IMG/VR virus record: IMGVR_UViG_3300021400_003144
Source of the DNA: a virus
Lineage: Duplodnaviria; Caudoviricetes
Length of the DNA stretch: 64,000 bases
Direction: 5' to 3' (one strand)
The position numbers and the translations under genes are program-made. This document shows positions 1 through 9,056 of this stretch, piece by piece (position 1 is the stretch's first letter; every line of letters starts with the position of its first letter). The notes under the pieces were generated by a model that was not told the DNA's origin, ran no database searches, and was given only the letters and a program-made list of their open reading frames with translations.

Positions 1-2
1 AG

Positions 3-221
3 CCTTTACATATTTCAGATGTTCTACATAAGACCTATGTAGAACTTGATGAAAATGGAACTGAAGCAGCTGCTGTGACAGCTATAACAATGGATTTGAA
101 TAGTGCAGCTATTGAGCAAACACCTGTTAAAGAGCTAGTATTTAATAGACCATTTATTTATATGATAGTATCCACTAATGATAAGTTGCCGGTCTTTGTA
201 GGAGTAGTAAATAAATTATAA
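3..221 (+). CDS. Serpin (serine protease inhibitor), C-terminal part, truncated by window edge
   Basis: Manual translation from position 3 gives ...VLHKTYVELDENGTEAAAVTA...LVFNRPFIYMI...PVFVGVV*. This contains the serpin hinge (E.GTEAAA) and the FNRPF signature. Not in the ORF track. Confidence 0.9.
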   Translation, partial: PLHISDVLHKTYVELDENGTEAAAVTAITMDLNSAAIEQTPVKELVFNRPFIYMIVSTNDKLPVFVGVVNKL

Positions 222-243
222 AAATAAATTAGAGGTTTAACAA

Positions 244-711
244 ATGGGAACAGATAAGAAAAAGACTACCAGTGAGAGAAATAGAGAGTACTATCAGAAG
301 CATAAGAAAGAGATTAATGAGAGACATAGAAAATACTACTTAGAGCATAAAGAAGAGATTCATAAGAAAAACAGAGAGTATAGAGAGGCTCATAAAGAGG
401 AAAAAGCAGCTTATCAGAGAGAATATTATGCTAAGAATAAAGATAGGGTAAAACAAATAGTTTATAAGAGCATAAAGAATAGACCTGATAAGATTAAAGA
501 AGCTAATAAGAAATATTATGAGAAGCATAAAGAAGAAATAAAAGAACATAATAAAAAGTATTATGAGCAGCATAGAGAAGAAATAATAGCTAAGAATACT
601 GAATACTATGAAAAACATAAAGAAGAGCTGAAAGAGAAGAGAAAGAGCAGAAGTGGAAGTGCTACAAGCAGAGAGAAGCTTAAGCTATTTGAAAAGTACA
701 TGGCTGGTTGA
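244..711 (+). CDS. Hypothetical protein built from YYxKHKEEI-type helical repeats
   Basis: About 7 imperfect YY(E/Q)KH(K/R)EEI units. No HNH motif seen. Confidence 0.7.
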   Translation: MGTDKKKTTSERNREYYQKHKKEINERHRKYYLEHKEEIHKKNREYREAHKEEKAAYQREYYAKNKDRVKQIVYKSIKNRPDKIKEANKKYYEKHKEEIKEHNKKYYEQHREEIIAKNTEYYEKHKEELKEKRKSRSGSATSREKLKLFEKYMAG

Positions 712-729
712 GTTTAAAGAGGTTCAGAT

Positions 730-1767
730 ATGAAGAAATATGTAAAAGCTTATGATTCAAAGACTAAGAGTTGGGTAACAGTAGAGGAAATTGCTAGGGC
801 TGATAGATATGATAAGCCTCGTTATTATTCAGATTGTAACTATGATAGTGACTCTGGAGAAATACTTACTTATGTAAAAGAAAGTAAAGAACTTTATGGA
901 AAAACAAGTGGCAAAGCTTATGTGAGATGTGCACACTTCAGAAAGTATTGTAGCAATAGTGCAAAAGAGAGGGCACAGATAAATAAATATGTTGCTACTC
1001 AGGAAGAGCATATTAATAAAATAGCTAAGAGCATAGGAAAGAAAATTAAGCAGATTAAAATTCCAGATATAAAGACAAGTGTTCTTGGGGAAGAGTTTGA
1101 TTTATTTAATAGTGGCTATGTTGATGTGACCTATGTAACTACAATAAAAGAAGGTGAGTCAAGTAGTGAAATACCAACACTTGTGTTTGCAACAAAGTAT
1201 CTTGGTGTTGTAGAAACAATCTATGTAAGATTGTTCTATAACAATGAGATGTCTGAGGATAGACATAAGTGGTTACTTGATAAAGGTATAAATTGTTTGG
1301 AAGTAGACATAAGTGAATTGAGAGCAGACATTAAGCAATCATATAAGACATTAAGTAATAAGATATTGAAAGAGATAGTATATAACAGCTATTGGATTTC
1401 AAATGCTTATAAAAAGTCATTTGAAGCTGAAAGAGATATGACAATACTTGATATAAATAATAAAAATATCTTAAAGAAGTCTGATTATGGCAAAGGAAAA
1501 GAGAATAGGTGCTACTTCTTTAAAGACAAGTACAATGAGTTAGCAGGAAGTGATTGTTTAAGTGTAGGAAAAAGACATTCAGTTGATATTTATGAATGTA
1601 AGGATTGTAAGAAGTGCATCTGTATTAAAGATATAGATAGTGATGATATTAATAATGTCCATGTGTATTGTTTTAAAGGTGATATACCTGAGACAAAGTT
1701 AAACATTATAAAGACTATAAATGAAATAAAGCAGACAGCTTTAAGATATTTAGAGCAGAAGTATTAA
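730..1767 (+). CDS. Hypothetical protein, weak resemblance to CoiA-like nuclease fold
   Basis: 345 aa ORF with AHFR, GINCLEVDIS and a C-terminal CxxCxxC. The function call is weak. Confidence 0.5.
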   Translation: MKKYVKAYDSKTKSWVTVEEIARADRYDKPRYYSDCNYDSDSGEILTYVKESKELYGKTSGKAYVRCAHFRKYCSNSAKERAQINKYVATQEEHINKIAKSIGKKIKQIKIPDIKTSVLGEEFDLFNSGYVDVTYVTTIKEGESSSEIPTLVFATKYLGVVETIYVRLFYNNEMSEDRHKWLLDKGINCLEVDISELRADIKQSYKTLSNKILKEIVYNSYWISNAYKKSFEAERDMTILDINNKNILKKSDYGKGKENRCYFFKDKYNELAGSDCLSVGKRHSVDIYECKDCKKCICIKDIDSDDINNVHVYCFKGDIPETKLNIIKTINEIKQTALRYLEQKY

Positions 1768-1774
1768 GGATGAG

Positions 1775-2302
1775 ATGTTTATTAGTATGGATAGGATAAA
1801 TAAATTGAATATATTAAACAAATTAAAGATTGCAGTAATGATTATTATGTTAATTATTCCATTCATGTTTCTTTCATTTTGTGTCAATAATATTAAAATT
1901 TATGACTTAAAATCAAATGAAATGGTCATTAATAGAAATTCTATTCTAGTTAGTATAGATGGAGAAAAATATACTTTTAATCCTGATAATAGATTAGAAT
2001 ACAAGTTGATGGAGAAAGATCATTCTGTAGAGTATATTGTAGCTGAAAAAGGTGCTGGTAATACTCATAAGTTTAAGTCACAGTCTAATTTCATTGATGA
2101 TAAAGGTGAAATTAAAGATTTTATCAATAAAGATGGAACAGATATAAGTGCTGATAGACTTAAGGAAATTGATAGAACAGCATTAAATAATTTTACAATA
2201 CAAATTACATTTGCTTGTGCTATAATGGTGATAGTGGTATTCATATTATTAAAGTTCATATCATTTTTAGATAAAATTCAACTTAAGGAAATATTGAAGT
2301 AA
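1775..2302 (+). CDS. Membrane protein, paralog of 2315-2869
   Basis: Two hydrophobic segments. Shares EKDHxVEYIV and KDGTDxSxxRLKEI with the next gene. Confidence 0.75.
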   Translation: MFISMDRINKLNILNKLKIAVMIIMLIIPFMFLSFCVNNIKIYDLKSNEMVINRNSILVSIDGEKYTFNPDNRLEYKLMEKDHSVEYIVAEKGAGNTHKFKSQSNFIDDKGEIKDFINKDGTDISADRLKEIDRTALNNFTIQITFACAIMVIVVFILLKFISFLDKIQLKEILK

Positions 2303-2314
2303 GGGGTAAGAACT

Positions 2315-2869
2315 ATGACTGAGCTAATAGAAGAGAAGGGCAGAGATGAATCAGAGAAATTTGGATTAGAAAGATGGTTAGACAGTTCTAGTCTTTTAGC
2401 ATATATAATAGCAATGATGTTCGTACTTACACCATTTTTTGTTATATTTCATGAAATGGTGAATGGGAACATATATAACTTAAATTCAAATGAGATATTG
2501 GTTTATGAACATGCAGTGGTTAATGTGGATGGAGTTGAGTCTCTTTTCCTAAAGTCTAATAGGTCTGAATACAAGGCATCTGAAAAAGACCATGATGTAG
2601 AATATATAGTAGGTAATAGACATGATGGCAAACTTTATAACTTCAATTCACAATGTTTTATAGATGAAAATGGTAGGTTTAAACAGTTTATCCATAAGGA
2701 CGGAACAGATTTAAGTGGTGAGAGACTTAAAGAAATTGAGTTTACATTTGTTAAAAACTCATTTGCAATAATGTTTAGAATATATACTATTGGAATTGTG
2801 TTAGTGCTAGTAATAGCAAAGGTTACAGAAATGATAGATAGAAAAAGACTTACAGGAAAGTGGTTATAA
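2315..2869 (+). CDS. Membrane protein, paralog of 1775-2302
   Basis: Same shared motifs and TM layout. Confidence 0.75.
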   Translation: MTELIEEKGRDESEKFGLERWLDSSSLLAYIIAMMFVLTPFFVIFHEMVNGNIYNLNSNEILVYEHAVVNVDGVESLFLKSNRSEYKASEKDHDVEYIVGNRHDGKLYNFNSQCFIDENGRFKQFIHKDGTDLSGERLKEIEFTFVKNSFAIMFRIYTIGIVLVLVIAKVTEMIDRKRLTGKWL

Positions 2870-2886
2870 CATAAATAAGGTTGATA

Positions 2887-3225
2887 GAACCCTTTTATAG
2901 GGATTAACTGATATTAGCTAAAGGTAAGCATTTGAATTTGCTCCTTTTAGCATTGGAACCCTGTTATAGGGATTGAAACATACAGCACTATACATTGCAG
3001 AAATTTTCACAGATAGAACCCTGTTATAGGGATTAAATGCTTCAGATAGATTTGTAGAAGTCTAGAATTGTATAGATAGAACCCTTGTAATAGGGATTGA
3101 GTGTTTATAGACAAGGTAGTACCTTTAGGAATATGTTTAAACCCTGTTATAGGGATTGACTTATGATTGTACAATCAACGTGTAAGTATTAAGTATTTAA
3201 ACTGAACCCTGTTATAGGGATTAGA
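2887..3225 (+). CRISPR. CRISPR mini-array 1 (6 degenerate repeats, 5 spacers)
   Basis: Repeat core (G/A)AACCCT-N5/6-AGGGATT starts at 2887, 2956, 3016, 3079, 3139 and 3204 (period 60-69). Spacers are unique. Lies next to cas10. Confidence 0.9.
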
Positions 3226-3264
3226 TACACCTTTAAATCAAATGGTTTAAAGGTGTAATTTTTT
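3226..3264 (+). terminator. Intrinsic terminator closing array 1
   Basis: TACACCTTTAAA...TTTAAAGGTGTA stem followed by a T tract. Confidence 0.8.
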
Positions 3265-3277
3265 GTGTAAAAATATG

Positions 3278-3306
3278 TTGACAAAATTATAAAAAAGTGA
3301 TATGAT
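3278..3306 (+). promoter_or_regulatory. SigmaA-type promoter for cas operon
   Basis: TTGACA-17bp-TATGAT. Confidence 0.8.
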
Positions 3307-3349
3307 ATATAAAGAAATTAAGAGTTATGTAACTCAGAAAGGATAATGA

Positions 3350-5227
3350 ATGGTAGACGAAAAATGTAAAGAGCTTTATATAGCAGGTCTACTCCATGAT
3401 GTAGGTAAGTATATACATAAGACTAATGGCAATAAGGCTTCTCATGAGATATTATCTCAGTTGTTTATTTTAGATAATCCTGAGATTTGTATTGGGGCTG
3501 ATGTTGAGAAAATAGCTAACATTGTAGCCAATCATCATGACAGAGGAAAGTATGATAAAAGCTTTGTAGGAAATTTAAAGATAACTCCTGATAAAGTGGT
3601 GTCTGCTGAACTTTGTAAGAAAGCTTATGATAACTATAAGTTGGACTGCTATAAGAGTGAGATAGACATTATTAAAAAGGCTGATAGCTTATCAGCTTCA
3701 TCAGACAGAGCATCTGAGACTGGAGAGTCAGGAAATGGAACAAGTGCTCCATATGCTCCACTAATATCTCCTATTGGAAAAGTATTCAATAAGAGATTAG
3801 CAGTAAGACATGGTAATTCTTACTGTGTTTACAACTTTAGTGGGGATACTGATACTAAAGAAGTTATCATGGAGCTTGATAAGAATTGTGATGAACATAT
3901 AGAGAGTTCCTTTGAGTCTTTCATGAATGACATAAAGGCTATAAAGAGTCTGAATGACCTTGATGATATTCTGAAAAAGCATTGGTCAACTGTCAATGCC
4001 AATACATGGAGACCTAAGGGAGAATCTTTAGGAAACACAACTACTTCCTTGTATGACCATAGTAAAACTACAGCGGCTTTGGCTGTAGGGGCATATCTAA
4101 ATAAATGTGCTGGTGTGGCTGTGGATGATATGTTTGTTTACAGAGTAGTATACAATGGAAATAACAGAAGTCTTGAGGATATTGTTGATAATCTTTTGAA
4201 TGAGATTGGACTATCTCAGTTACATGTAATAAGTTCTACTGATGATGAGGTTTATGCAATTATACCTTATATAAAGTCATTAGAATTTGTAGAAGGTCTG
4301 AGTAAAGAGAACATAATATCTTTTAAGGATTTTGGAGAGACAATAGACTACTTTGTAGCTAAGCATTGGAAATTTAAGGGTTGCAGAGATTCTTTTAGAG
4401 ATAGACTTGGAGAGTGTCAGTATGGTATAACTAAAGTCTTAGGTAAAGTAGATGCAGGCATTGGAGCTGATACTTATATAGCAGATAGACTTGATAGTAA
4501 GTTTATAGGTGGCTATGTAATAGATGGTTATGACTATATACTTGAACATGTACTAACTGAGAATGACTCCATTAGTAAGCTGAGTACTACCTTTAGAATA
4601 TTTGAAGCATTTAATAGAGAAGTAACTAAACTTCTTGACAACAAGGGTAAAATGGTACTCAAGTCTGAACTTGATAAGACTATTTATTCAGCTGATAACA
4701 TTGAGGAAGTGCATAGGATTGAAGTAGAGATACAGTCAATATTTGAGAAGTACTTCGGAGATGCTACAGGGTTGTACTTTACATACTCTAAGTATGACAG
4801 ATATAGCAATACAGTAGAAATGTTGGACAGAGAATTTAATACTAGAGGTGCTAGTCTGAATATTGAGAAGAAGCTTCAGAATGGAGGTCTGTACACTACA
4901 GTTCTTATAGATACTAAGAGATATAAGATAAATAGTTTAAAGATATATAATGAATATGTTGGGTATCTGAGTAAGTGTGATAAATCCTTCTTGTATAAAG
5001 CAAAGCAGATGTATGATGAGCTGTTTAAGTATAACATTGATAAAGACCCTATACATCTTGTAGCTAAGTCAAGACTGTACTATATGAAGTCAAAGGCAGA
5101 TGGAAATAAGGTAAATGTACTTAATGAGATATATAAGTGTGCATTTGATTCTGCAAAAGGTCAGATTAGTGATAATGCATACATAATATATGAAGCATTA
5201 AAAAATGTGTTAACCAATGTGAAGTAA
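3350..5227 (+). CDS. cas10: Cas10/Csm1-like large subunit, HD nuclease motifs intact, cyclase motif degenerate
   Basis: Has AGLLHDVGK, VANHH, IKKADSLSA and SLYDHSKTTAALA (Csm1 hallmark). SISKLSTTFRIF aligns to the Palm2 SR.ATLSR region. GGDD is absent (probably VLKSELDK). Confidence 0.88.
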   Translation: MVDEKCKELYIAGLLHDVGKYIHKTNGNKASHEILSQLFILDNPEICIGADVEKIANIVANHHDRGKYDKSFVGNLKITPDKVVSAELCKKAYDNYKLDCYKSEIDIIKKADSLSASSDRASETGESGNGTSAPYAPLISPIGKVFNKRLAVRHGNSYCVYNFSGDTDTKEVIMELDKNCDEHIESSFESFMNDIKAIKSLNDLDDILKKHWSTVNANTWRPKGESLGNTTTSLYDHSKTTAALAVGAYLNKCAGVAVDDMFVYRVVYNGNNRSLEDIVDNLLNEIGLSQLHVISSTDDEVYAIIPYIKSLEFVEGLSKENIISFKDFGETIDYFVAKHWKFKGCRDSFRDRLGECQYGITKVLGKVDAGIGADTYIADRLDSKFIGGYVIDGYDYILEHVLTENDSISKLSTTFRIFEAFNREVTKLLDNKGKMVLKSELDKTIYSADNIEEVHRIEVEIQSIFEKYFGDATGLYFTYSKYDRYSNTVEMLDREFNTRGASLNIEKKLQNGGLYTTVLIDTKRYKINSLKIYNEYVGYLSKCDKSFLYKAKQMYDELFKYNIDKDPIHLVAKSRLYYMKSKADGNKVNVLNEIYKCAFDSAKGQISDNAYIIYEALKNVLTNVK

Positions 5228-5236
5228 GGAGTATAC

Positions 5237-5719
5237 ATGGACGATAATTATTTAAAGGAAATCAAGTCTGGATATACAGACAATGGTGTAGCTAAGCTGA
5301 GTCTGATTGATGGATATCCTCAGAAGTTAGCTAAGGAGTTTAATGAAGCAACTCCAATGTTGTCAACAAAGCAATCAAGAAGTATCTTTGATACTGTGAA
5401 TGGACTTGAGGTTAAGCTTCGTAGAAAGTCAGTATCATTTGATGAAGTCAAGATTGAACTTGGACTACTTAAGTCTAGAATAAATGATAAGGTTAATAAG
5501 GGAAGTATCCCTAAGGTATTCTTTGAGTTCTTTGAGGAAAATATTAAAGCCATTAAGAATGAAAAGGATTTACAGGTGTTTAAGATTCATCTTGAGTCAA
5601 TTTGTAACTATCTCAAGGATGATAAGCAGACTGGAAATAACGGAAGCTACAATAAGGGTACAGGCTATAATGGAAATTATAGACCTAGAACAAATGGATA
5701 TAATAACAATAGAAGATGA
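5237..5719 (+). CDS. csm2: Csm2 (Cas11) small subunit
   Basis: STKQSRSIFD and FKIHLESICNY match the Csm2 TxQxRxF and FxxxxExxxxY motifs. Position after cas10. Confidence 0.8.
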   Translation: MDDNYLKEIKSGYTDNGVAKLSLIDGYPQKLAKEFNEATPMLSTKQSRSIFDTVNGLEVKLRRKSVSFDEVKIELGLLKSRINDKVNKGSIPKVFFEFFEENIKAIKNEKDLQVFKIHLESICNYLKDDKQTGNNGSYNKGTGYNGNYRPRTNGYNNNRR

Positions 5720-5736
5720 AAGTGAGGATATAAATT

Positions 5737-6375
5737 ATGATTAAGGAGCAGATTAAGATTACAGGTGTACTTACAACAGAGTCAGGTATACATATTGGTG
5801 GTACTAAGTCAGACTTAGGAATTGGTTCTATGGACAATCCGGTTGTTAGAGATGCTCTTACAAATAGACCTTATATTCCTGGTTCATCCATTAAGGGAAA
5901 GATGAGAAGTATGTTTGAGCTTAGTGGTTTTGCTAAGGGCAAGACATTACCTTGTGGCTGTGGTGATAAGGATTGTATCGTATGCAAGCTCTTTGGTGCT
6001 CATAGAAATACCAAGTCTGAAGCAGGTCAGACAAGAGTAATGTTCAGAGATGCTTATTTATCACCAGAGTTTGAGAATCTTGATAACACTATTGAAGTTA
6101 AGACTGAGACAGCTATTGATAGAAGGACTGGTACAGCTCAGAATGGTTCTCTGAGACAGAGTGAGAGAGTTGCAGCAGGTGTCAATTTCAACTATGAGAT
6201 TAGCATTCTTGTATGCGATGGAGACAATGCTGATGAGCTTAGGGCTATGGTTGAGAATGGTCTTAGAATGATTGAGGCTACAGGTCTTGGTGGTAAGGTA
6301 TCAGCTGGATATGGTAAGGTTAACTTCAATATTGGTGCTGATTCTTATAAGGTAGAAACTAGGAAGTTTAATTAA
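5737..6375 (+). CDS. csm3: Csm3 (Cas7) RAMP backbone RNase
   Basis: GIHIGG, DNPVVRD (catalytic Asp position retained), PYIPGSSIKGKMRS, CIVCKLFG, EVKTETAIDR and GLGGKVSAGYG. Confidence 0.95.
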   Translation: MIKEQIKITGVLTTESGIHIGGTKSDLGIGSMDNPVVRDALTNRPYIPGSSIKGKMRSMFELSGFAKGKTLPCGCGDKDCIVCKLFGAHRNTKSEAGQTRVMFRDAYLSPEFENLDNTIEVKTETAIDRRTGTAQNGSLRQSERVAAGVNFNYEISILVCDGDNADELRAMVENGLRMIEATGLGGKVSAGYGKVNFNIGADSYKVETRKFN

Positions 6376-6387
6376 AGAGGTGTACAG

Positions 6388-7089
6388 GTGTTATATAAAA
6401 TAGAACTTCAACAGAATACGGCTACAATAGGTAATGTTGTAGCCAATACATTATTTGGGGCTTTTCTAACAGCTTATTCAACTATATATACAGTTGATAA
6501 GGACATGATAGATGATATTGTATTATCTGATTTATTTTATAATAACATCTTACCTAAGGGTGTTATTAATAATAAAACAGTGTTCTCAAAGCCTTTTGAA
6601 CATACTCAGATAGAAATGTCAAGAGCTCTTATAGCAAGAGATAATGAATCAACTAATGTTGTAAATAATACTGTTGGTAATATTGATAAGAAATGTTCAT
6701 TCTTTATTAGTACTAAGTTACTTGATAAGAATGACATTGAGGAAATAGTCAAGCTTATGTGTGAGTTTGGTATAGGCAAGTGGAGAAATGTTGGTAAAGG
6801 TCAATTTGAATTTAAGAGCATAGAGGAATATGTACCAAAGACAGATGTAAAGAGATTTGTATGTTTAAGTAGTTTTATTCCGGACTGTGATATAAACGAT
6901 TATGACATCAGTTCTTTAGGTTATACAATTAGAGATGCCTATGCTACCAATGGTATTAAACAGAAGCAGACTATAATGCTTCTGACAGGAACAAGTTTCA
7001 GAACATTCAGAGAAGTTGTTGGAAAGCATGTATATGATGAGAATAGCAATACTTATATACATGGTAAATCAATAGTGATTGGAGTTTAA
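6388..7089 (+). CDS. csm4: Csm4 (Cas5 group) RAMP, shortened
   Basis: NTLFGAF, G-rich loop GIGKWRNVGKGQF and CLSSFIP. Confidence 0.8.
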   Translation: MLYKIELQQNTATIGNVVANTLFGAFLTAYSTIYTVDKDMIDDIVLSDLFYNNILPKGVINNKTVFSKPFEHTQIEMSRALIARDNESTNVVNNTVGNIDKKCSFFISTKLLDKNDIEEIVKLMCEFGIGKWRNVGKGQFEFKSIEEYVPKTDVKRFVCLSSFIPDCDINDYDISSLGYTIRDAYATNGIKQKQTIMLLTGTSFRTFREVVGKHVYDENSNTYIHGKSIVIGV

Positions 7090-7717
7090 GATGGTTTATA
7101 GATTAGAAAAACTTATTTCAAGTGGAGAAAAAGCAACTAAGGATTTAGGTATTCTTAGCAATATGATATCTAATGCAGAGAATGTGCATGGAATCCTTGG
7201 AGAGCTTTTTAACTTAGAGAATGAGCAGAACTGGAGAGCTAATCATCATATTTTATACAGAAGAGAGACAAATAAGACTTGTGAATTTATTGTTAGATCT
7301 GATGTAGAAATTGATATGAATAAGGCTAAAGAGCTTGGTTTCAGTGTAAAGACAGAAAAAGAAGTTCCAATGACTGGTGTTGTAAAAATCAGACTTGCAG
7401 CGGCTACCTTTAGAACAGAGAAAGGCTCATCAAGTCGTAATAGAAAAGCTATTAAGCTTCAGGATGATAGAATTAACTGGATTAAGTATAAGTTATCCAG
7501 TAAGGGTGAATGTGAAGTTTATGATGTAAATGAAGTAGGCAAGGTAATGAATTTCATGTCTCATAAGGATACAGCTAATGGGCAGGTAATGCTTGAGGGT
7601 TATGATTATGAGGTTAGTCTTAAGGTCAAGGATTCAGAAGGGTTTAAAAAGCTTGTAGAGAATGGTGTAGGACCCAATAAAAACTATGGGTTTGGAATGA
7701 TAGTCTGTAGTGAATAA
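7079..7717 (+). CDS. cas6: Cas6 family crRNA-processing endoribonuclease, Cas6e/Cse3-like
   Basis: C-terminal GVGPNKNYGFGM glycine loop, ILYR segment and INWIKYK resemble Cas6e. Last gene before array 2. Confidence 0.75.
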   Translation: MEFKMVYRLEKLISSGEKATKDLGILSNMISNAENVHGILGELFNLENEQNWRANHHILYRRETNKTCEFIVRSDVEIDMNKAKELGFSVKTEKEVPMTGVVKIRLAAATFRTEKGSSSRNRKAIKLQDDRINWIKYKLSSKGECEVYDVNEVGKVMNFMSHKDTANGQVMLEGYDYEVSLKVKDSEGFKKLVENGVGPNKNYGFGMIVCSE

Positions 7718-7763
7718 TGATAGTGATTGAACAGAATTAACCTAGACTTATGTAGTCTAGGTT

Positions 7764-8147
7764 AAACCCTTATAATGGGGATTGTATATTGAAAGCATAT
7801 AAGTTTATGAATGCTCTTCCAATTAGAACCCTTATACAGGGATTAAATGTTGATGAACTCTTCCATTTCGTTGAAGGGTTTGAGAGAACCCTTGTGACAT
7901 GGATTGATACATTTGATTCTCCTTTATTCTCTATGTAGAGAACCCTTGTGACAGGGATTGATACATTTGGTAGTGACTTTAATTCTTTAAGCAATGAATA
8001 TCTGAACCCTTGTAATAGGGATTGAATTACTTTGATTTTAGCAATAAACTCAATACTTAGATCTAGAACCCTTTAATAGGGATTGCATTAAAAGCTTTTC
8101 TGCTAGTTACATTACAATATAGGGAGAACCCTTTTATAGGGATTGTA
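7764..8147 (+). CRISPR. CRISPR mini-array 2 (7 repeats, 6 spacers)
   Basis: Repeat starts 7764, 7826, 7886, 7940, 8004, 8066 and 8126 (period 54-64). Confidence 0.9.
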
Positions 8148-8168
8148 TTAAGCATAGGAGGTGTATAT

Positions 8169-8876
8169 TTGAATAGAATTTTAAAAATAATAGTCATAAC
8201 TATCTTTAGTTTTATTGGAATATCAGTAATGAGCATAATTCTTTTAATAGGTGGAATACAGCTATTTGTACTCGGATACAACGGAAGTATTCCTGATGTT
8301 GAAGAGAGACCAAAGATTATTGCTCATGAACTAGGGAAGAAATACGGAGATAAGTTCGAAGTACTTAGTTGTGAGCAAGTAAATCTTGGTAGTTACAAGG
8401 TTGCTAAGCACGCAAATATTGGTGAGGCTAAGTGTTTGTCAGATGGAATTAAGTTTAATTATCAAGTAGATTTGAGATGTAGAAAAGATTTATGTGATAA
8501 TTACATTGGATTATTGAATGAACCAGTAATAATGGAGGATATAAAAGAGTTATTAAATGAGAATAACTTAGAAGAATATTTTTATAACTTAGAATTAGAT
8601 ATGAATTATTCATATGAAGCAAAGACATTAGCTGAGTATAAAGAAGATGAAAACATAGTAGTAAAAGTTGATACAGAGGTATATGATTCTGAGGATGCAG
8701 AAAACTATTATAGACTTTTTCATTTATTAAAGGACAATGGGTATGTATTTGATGCTAAGTTAAGAGACAGTGATAATAAAACATATCTAAGTGGTAGACC
8801 TTCAGATACAGATAAAGAAGCATATATAACTGAAGAAAGATTCAGGAATAAAATGGAAGATATAGGAATATACTAA
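8169..8876 (+). CDS. Membrane-anchored hypothetical protein located between arrays 2 and 3
   Basis: N-terminal TM, KKYGDKFEV motif. AGGAGG RBS lies about 10 nt after the last repeat. Confidence 0.75.
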   Translation: MNRILKIIVITIFSFIGISVMSIILLIGGIQLFVLGYNGSIPDVEERPKIIAHELGKKYGDKFEVLSCEQVNLGSYKVAKHANIGEAKCLSDGIKFNYQVDLRCRKDLCDNYIGLLNEPVIMEDIKELLNENNLEEYFYNLELDMNYSYEAKTLAEYKEDENIVVKVDTEVYDSEDAENYYRLFHLLKDNGYVFDAKLRDSDNKTYLSGRPSDTDKEAYITEERFRNKMEDIGIY

Positions 8877-8902
8877 TGGTGATTTAGTATGTTCTGTGAT
8901 AA

Positions 8903-9049
8903 GAACCCTTTTATAGGGATTGATACTTGTAAATTTTATTCAACATACACATTTTAGAAATATTCGTGCTGAACCCTTTTATAGGGATTGTATAATCATA
9001 ACTTCAGAGTTTTCAAGGGCACAGTTTGAACCCTTTTATAGGGATTGGT
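8903..9049 (+). CRISPR. CRISPR mini-array 3 (3 repeats, 2 spacers)
   Basis: GAACCCTTTTATAGGGATTG at 8903, 8971 and 9028. Confidence 0.88.
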
Positions 9050-9056
9050 GAGCTAT

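Noticed and set aside
244-711. HNH homing endonuclease
   Set aside because: It has the YYxKHKE repeats often attached to such enzymes but no HNH or other catalytic motif.
3350-5227. Cas10 as a cyclic oligoadenylate synthase, or as a Cas3 HD protein
   Set aside because: There is no GGDD and no CARF/SAVED gene in the window. There are no helicase motifs, and the SLYDH motif plus csm2-csm4 neighbours indicate Cas10.
2887-9049. Weak peptide resemblances of array 1 and 3 spacers to the LRR genes (e.g. KISAMYSA vs KIWSMSSA), and of an array 5 spacer to the McrC-like NSIFK
   Set aside because: Too short, with low nucleotide identity, so indistinguishable from chance by eye. No perfect self-target was seen in the window, although a manual scan is not exhaustive.
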